From an uncultured bacterium (GTDB lineage Bacteria > Actinomycetota > Acidimicrobiia > Spongiisociales > UBA5794), in NCBI GenBank assembly GCA_963801165.1, contig CAWDDT010000004.1, positions 480,001 through 544,000 on the forward strand: 64,000 nucleotides of DNA, read 5' to 3'. The translations under genes and the position numbers were made by a program. This document shows, one piece after another, positions 59,923-64,000 of the stretch. Under the pieces are notes generated by a model. The model was not told the DNA's origin, did not search any database, and saw only the letters and a program-made list of their open reading frames with translations. Each line of letters begins with the position of its first letter. Positions within the stretch are counted from its first letter, which is position 1.

Positions 59923-60129
59923 GAGCTTGTACCTCCATTCGACGGTGGTGAATTGCACCGCCCATGTCTTCGTCTGTCACTATCGAGTGTACCCCGGAAA
60001 GTGGAAACGGGGTGGCGGTTTTCTCATGAAGGTAAGTGCATTTACTGCGCGTTTCTCGGGTCGGCCCGCAGACAACAGGGCTGCGGCGTGAAGAGAGACG
60101 ACCAGTGAGGCTGGTACCATCCGGCGCCC

Positions 60130-61791
60130 GTGGAGACTTCACACCAACCCCGAAAGATCCTTGTGGCCGTGGCCTGGCCGTATGCCAGCGGATCACGCCA
60201 TCTCGGTCATCTCGCCGGCGCCTACCTGCCCGCGGACATCTTTGCCCGCTACCAGCGCGCCCGTGGCAACGAGCCCCTCATGGTGTCCGGCTCTGATGTG
60301 CACGGCACGCCGATCACGGTGCGCGCCGAAGCCGAAGGCGTGAGCCCACAAGAGATCGTCGACCGGTATCACCAGGAATTCGTCTCGCAATGGGATGCCC
60401 TCGGATTCGACTGGGATCTGTTCACCACCACCGGCACCGAGAACCATCACGAGGTCACCCAGGACATGTTCCTGCGCATCTATGAGAACGGTTACATCGA
60501 CAAGCGCACGTCCGAGCAGTACTACGACCCGGAGGCGGAGCGCTTCCTGCCCGACCGCTACGTCGAAGGGACCTGTCCTCACTGCGGGTACGCCGAGGCG
60601 CGGGGCGACCAATGCGACAACTGCGGCCGGACGCTCGACCCCATAGATCTGATCAATCCCCGCTCGGGCCTCACCGGGACTCCGCCGGTGCGCCGGTCGA
60701 CCGAGCACTTCTACCTGCGTCTCTCGGCCTTCGCCGACGATCTCAAGACGTGGCTGCATACTCGCGAGGGCTGGCGTAAACACGTGCTCAATTTCTCGCT
60801 CGGCTGGATCGAGGAGGGCCTGCACGACCGCGCCATCACCCGCGACATCGAATGGGGAGTGAAGATTCCCGTCGAGGGTCTCGGCGAGGGAAAACGGATC
60901 TACGTGTGGTTCGACGCCGTTATCGGCTACCTCTCGGCCTCAAAGGAGTGGTCCCTGCTCCAGGGCACCCCGGAGGCGTGGAAGGACTGGTGGCACAACG
61001 ACGAGGCCGACCACTACTACTTCATCGGCAAGGACAATGTGCCCTTCCACACGATCATCTGGCCGGCCATGCTGATGGGCTACGGGGGTCTCCACCTGCC
61101 CACGGACGTTCCCGCCAACCAGTACGTCACGTTCAAGGGCGGCAAGGCGTCGGCGAGCCGCGGCATCGGTCTGACAATCGGGGAGGCGCTCGAACGCTAC
61201 GAGCCCGATGCGCTGCGCTACGCCCTCGCTGCCAACCTACCGGAGACCTCCGACGTCGATATCACCGAGGCGGAGCTGGTCCGGCGGATCAACGAGGAGT
61301 TGGTCGCCACGTGGGGCAACCTGGTGAACCGGGTGGTGGCGATGACCCATCGCTATTTCGACGGGGTCGTCCCGGAGCCGGAGACCCTCACGCCGGCCGA
61401 CGAGGAGGCATTGGCAGCCGTAGACGGCGCACTGGATGAGGCGGCCGGTCTGCTCGATGGCGTGCACCTGCGGGGCGCGCTGGCGTCATTGCTCGGGGGC
61501 GCCCAAGCGACCAACCAATACCTGTCCGAGCTCGAGCCGTGGAAGACCGCCAGGACCGACGTGGCGCGCACCGGTACGACTCTCAACATCGCATTGCAAG
61601 CCATTGCCGGGCTTGCAGCCGGTTTTGCGCCGTACCTACCCGTCACGTCCGTGCGGGTGCTCGACACGCTCGGGATCGATACCACGGCACGTCAGCCCGC
61701 CTGGGGTCGCGCCCCGGTCCCCGCGGGAACAGAGCTCGGACCGGCGGTTCCCCTGTTCGCCAAGGTCGAGCTTCCCGAAGACGTCGGCTGA
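60130..61791 (+). CDS. metG: Methionine--tRNA ligase
   Basis: HLGH, GSDVHG, Zn knuckle, YVWFDA, GKDN, KASAS. Confidence 0.96.
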   Translation: METSHQPRKILVAVAWPYASGSRHLGHLAGAYLPADIFARYQRARGNEPLMVSGSDVHGTPITVRAEAEGVSPQEIVDRYHQEFVSQWDALGFDWDLFTTTGTENHHEVTQDMFLRIYENGYIDKRTSEQYYDPEAERFLPDRYVEGTCPHCGYAEARGDQCDNCGRTLDPIDLINPRSGLTGTPPVRRSTEHFYLRLSAFADDLKTWLHTREGWRKHVLNFSLGWIEEGLHDRAITRDIEWGVKIPVEGLGEGKRIYVWFDAVIGYLSASKEWSLLQGTPEAWKDWWHNDEADHYYFIGKDNVPFHTIIWPAMLMGYGGLHLPTDVPANQYVTFKGGKASASRGIGLTIGEALERYEPDALRYALAANLPETSDVDITEAELVRRINEELVATWGNLVNRVVAMTHRYFDGVVPEPETLTPADEEALAAVDGALDEAAGLLDGVHLRGALASLLGGAQATNQYLSELEPWKTARTDVARTGTTLNIALQAIAGLAAGFAPYLPVTSVRVLDTLGIDTTARQPAWGRAPVPAGTELGPAVPLFAKVELPEDVG

Positions 61792-61793
61792 CG

Positions 61794-62549
61794 ATGTGGG
61801 TTGACAGCCACTGTCACCTATTTGCTTCGGATGACACGCCGGACGCCCTGTTGCAGCGAGCAGCAGATGCGGGCGTCGACTGGCTCATGTGCCCGGGAAT
61901 CGACCTCGAGACATCTTTGCAGGCACATCGCATCTCGGCAGAAAATCGCAGCCGGGTGCTGTGGGCTGCCGGGCTGCATCCCCACGACGCAACCCGATGG
62001 GCAGACGAGGGCGGCAGGCTGACGTCGCTCATCGCTACGGCCGACGCGATCGGTGAATGTGGCCTGGACTACTACCGCGATCTCTCGCCGCGCCCGGTGC
62101 AGCGTGATGTGTTCCGGGAACAGCTCCGGCTCGCCGCCGAGATGGACAAGCCGATCATCGTCCATTGCCGTGACGCGTTCTCCGATGTCTACGAGGACGT
62201 CGCCAATGCCGGGCTGGGGGATCGGGTGGTCCTGCACAGCTGGACCGGCGGTCCCCGCTGGACCAAGCGCTTCGACGAGCTCGGCGTGACGTTCTCCTTC
62301 GCCGGCATGGTCACATACCCGACCGCCGACACGGTGCGGCGGGCCGCCGCAGTCGTGCCGCCGGATCGCTGCCTGATCGAGACCGACACCCCGTACCTGC
62401 CGCCCCAGGCTCATCGGGACCAGCCGAACGAGCCCGCCTTCGTGCCTCTCGTTGGCGAGCAGCTCGCCGCGACCTGGGACACCCCGGTATCCGAGGTAGC
62501 CCGGCTGACGGCAGACGCTGCGGCGCGTGTGTTCGGACGCGACATCTGA
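61794..62549 (+). CDS. tatD: TatD family hydrolase
   Basis: DSHCH, GLHPH, IGECGLDY, VHCR, LHS, IETDTPY. Confidence 0.93.
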   Translation: MWVDSHCHLFASDDTPDALLQRAADAGVDWLMCPGIDLETSLQAHRISAENRSRVLWAAGLHPHDATRWADEGGRLTSLIATADAIGECGLDYYRDLSPRPVQRDVFREQLRLAAEMDKPIIVHCRDAFSDVYEDVANAGLGDRVVLHSWTGGPRWTKRFDELGVTFSFAGMVTYPTADTVRRAAAVVPPDRCLIETDTPYLPPQAHRDQPNEPAFVPLVGEQLAATWDTPVSEVARLTADAAARVFGRDI

Positions 62550-63355
62550 TGCGCCAGGGCAGGGCGAGCATCAAGGATCTATTGGCGGCCCATGGCTTGA
62601 AGCCCCAACGTGGGCTTGGTCAGAACTTCCTCGCCGACCCCAACCTGGTGGACCGGATCGTTCGCACCGCCAACCTGGCGATTGGCGATCGCGTTATCGA
62701 GGTCGGCGCCGGAACGGGGGCGCTCACCCGAGCGCTTGCAGATACCGGAGCCTCCGTCGTCACCTATGAGATCGACAGAGGTCTCGTACCGCTTCTCGAG
62801 AGCGTGCTCGCCGGGACGGGTGTGGAGATCAGAGCCGAAGATGTCACCCGTGTCGACCTGAACGCGGCTCTCGGCGGTGGACCGTGGACGATGATTGCCA
62901 ACCTCCCGTACAACGTCGGAACTCCGCTCGTCCTCGACGCGCTCCGGCACGTTCCCGCGATCGGCAGATTCGTGGTCATGGTGCAGAGAGAGGTTGCCGA
63001 TCGTTTCCTGGCTGAGCCCGGGACACGGTCGTACGGCGTCCCCTCGATCGTCGTGGCCCTGCATGCGAAGGCGCGGCTGGCGTTCACCGTTCCCCGGGAA
63101 GTCTTTTACCCGATGCCCGATGTGGAGTCGGCAGTGCTGGAGATGAGCCGGATCGAGCCCTCGCCACTCGCCGAGCGTGCGATCGAGCTTGCCGGCGCGG
63201 TGTTCCGGCAGCGACGAAAGATGCTGCGCAGATCGCTCATCGGCGTTATCGCAGACCCACGTGACGTCTTGCTCCGCCTCGGCATAGCAGACACGGCCCG
63301 TCCCGAGGACCTTGCTCCTCGGGATTTCATCGAGCTGGCGGGGGCAGTTGCATGA
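62549..63355 (+). CDS. rsmA: 16S rRNA A1518/A1519 dimethyltransferase
   Basis: GQNFL, EVGAGTG, ANLPYN, MVQREV, QRRKML. Confidence 0.95.
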   Translation: MRQGRASIKDLLAAHGLKPQRGLGQNFLADPNLVDRIVRTANLAIGDRVIEVGAGTGALTRALADTGASVVTYEIDRGLVPLLESVLAGTGVEIRAEDVTRVDLNAALGGGPWTMIANLPYNVGTPLVLDALRHVPAIGRFVVMVQREVADRFLAEPGTRSYGVPSIVVALHAKARLAFTVPREVFYPMPDVESAVLEMSRIEPSPLAERAIELAGAVFRQRRKMLRRSLIGVIADPRDVLLRLGIADTARPEDLAPRDFIELAGAVA

Positions 63356-64000
63356 TGCGCGCCGAGGCGTACGCCAAAGTAAACCTCGGGCTGCGGGTAG
63401 CCGGCAGGCGCGAGGATGGGTTTCACCCGGTCTCGGGGATCTTTCAATCAATCGGAATTGTTGATCGGCTGGCTCTCGCCGGTGCCGAGGAGGACTCGAT
63501 CATGGGGACAGGGGGGCGCCCGGTGGCGGACGGCCTCGACAACCTCGCTTTTCGCGCCCTGGCGGCTGTACGTGCTGTCGCCGGATCATCTGCTCCGCTG
63601 GAGTTGACCCTGGACAAGGAGATCCCGGTGGCTGCAGGCCTTGGAGGGGGCAGTGCCGATGCCGCCGCTGCCCTCGGCCTCGCCGGTCGGCGTCTGGGAG
63701 TCGAGCCGGCGACGCTGGCGACGATCGCCCCGCAGCTCGGCTCGGACGTCCCCTTCTGTCTGATCGGCGGCACCGCCCGTGTGTCCGGGCGGGGCGACAT
63801 CGTCACCCCTCTCGATCCACTCACGGACATTGTGCTCGCCGTTGTGGTACCGCCCGTCGAGATCGCCACCCCCGCGGCCTTCCGCGCTTGGGATGAGCTG
63901 GGGCAACCCCAGGGCCTGCGGATCAAGCAATCGGCGCTACCGCCGGTGTTGCGTGACCAGGGAGATCTGCAGAATGACCTCTATCCCGCCGCTGTATCGC
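63352..64000 (+). CDS. ispE: 4-diphosphocytidyl-2-C-methyl-D-erythritol kinase (runs off the window end)
   Basis: AYAKVNLGL..RREDGFH, KEIPVAAGLGGGSADAA, LGSDVPF read directly from the sequence. Confidence 0.92.
   Translation, partial: MMRAEAYAKVNLGLRVAGRREDGFHPVSGIFQSIGIVDRLALAGAEEDSIMGTGGRPVADGLDNLAFRALAAVRAVAGSSAPLELTLDKEIPVAAGLGGGSADAAAALGLAGRRLGVEPATLATIAPQLGSDVPFCLIGGTARVSGRGDIVTPLDPLTDIVLAVVVPPVEIATPAAFRAWDELGQPQGLRIKQSALPPVLRDQGDLQNDLYPAAVS

Overview
High-GC (roughly 65% by eye) bacterial chromosomal DNA. It is most consistent with an actinobacterium of the Acidimicrobiia type, based on F420-type LLM enzymes, an SLH-like surface protein, bL37 and mycobacteria-like moeA/sepX/tRNA-Ala synteny. 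1-22 kb: an all-plus-strand catabolic cluster (3 LLM oxidoreductases, FrhB/FpoF-like protein, AhpD, GntR/HutC regulator, NitT/TauT ABC importer, 2 amidohydrolases, sulfatase, acyl-CoA ligase, RraA, opine dehydrogenase, XDH-family trimer, DMT transporter). Three of its intergenic regions share a TCAGACATCTG(A/G) palindrome, and 8-19 kb carries many single-base frameshifts. 22-36 kb: VapBC pair, uridine phosphorylase, a P-type ATPase bracketed by REP-like repeats, and assorted enzymes. 36-41 kb: a candidate ~220-nt structured RNA, plsY-moeA-moaC-mog, a sepX-like gene and a translin/TRAX gene. 41-52 kb: an ~11.4-kb block bounded by a 20-bp direct repeat, carrying a two-component system and four 11-bp-phased GTTGA box arrays. 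The rest is tRNA-Ala(CGC), a trypsin-like (Nal1-like) protease preceded by a stand-alone copy of its own N-terminal domain, xylA, a 27-aa bL37 gene, and rsmI-abrB-metG-tatD-rsmA-ispE in Bacillus-like order. No integrase, transposase, reverse transcriptase or CRISPR-Cas was seen. All calls come from motif recognition by eye; no database searches were run.
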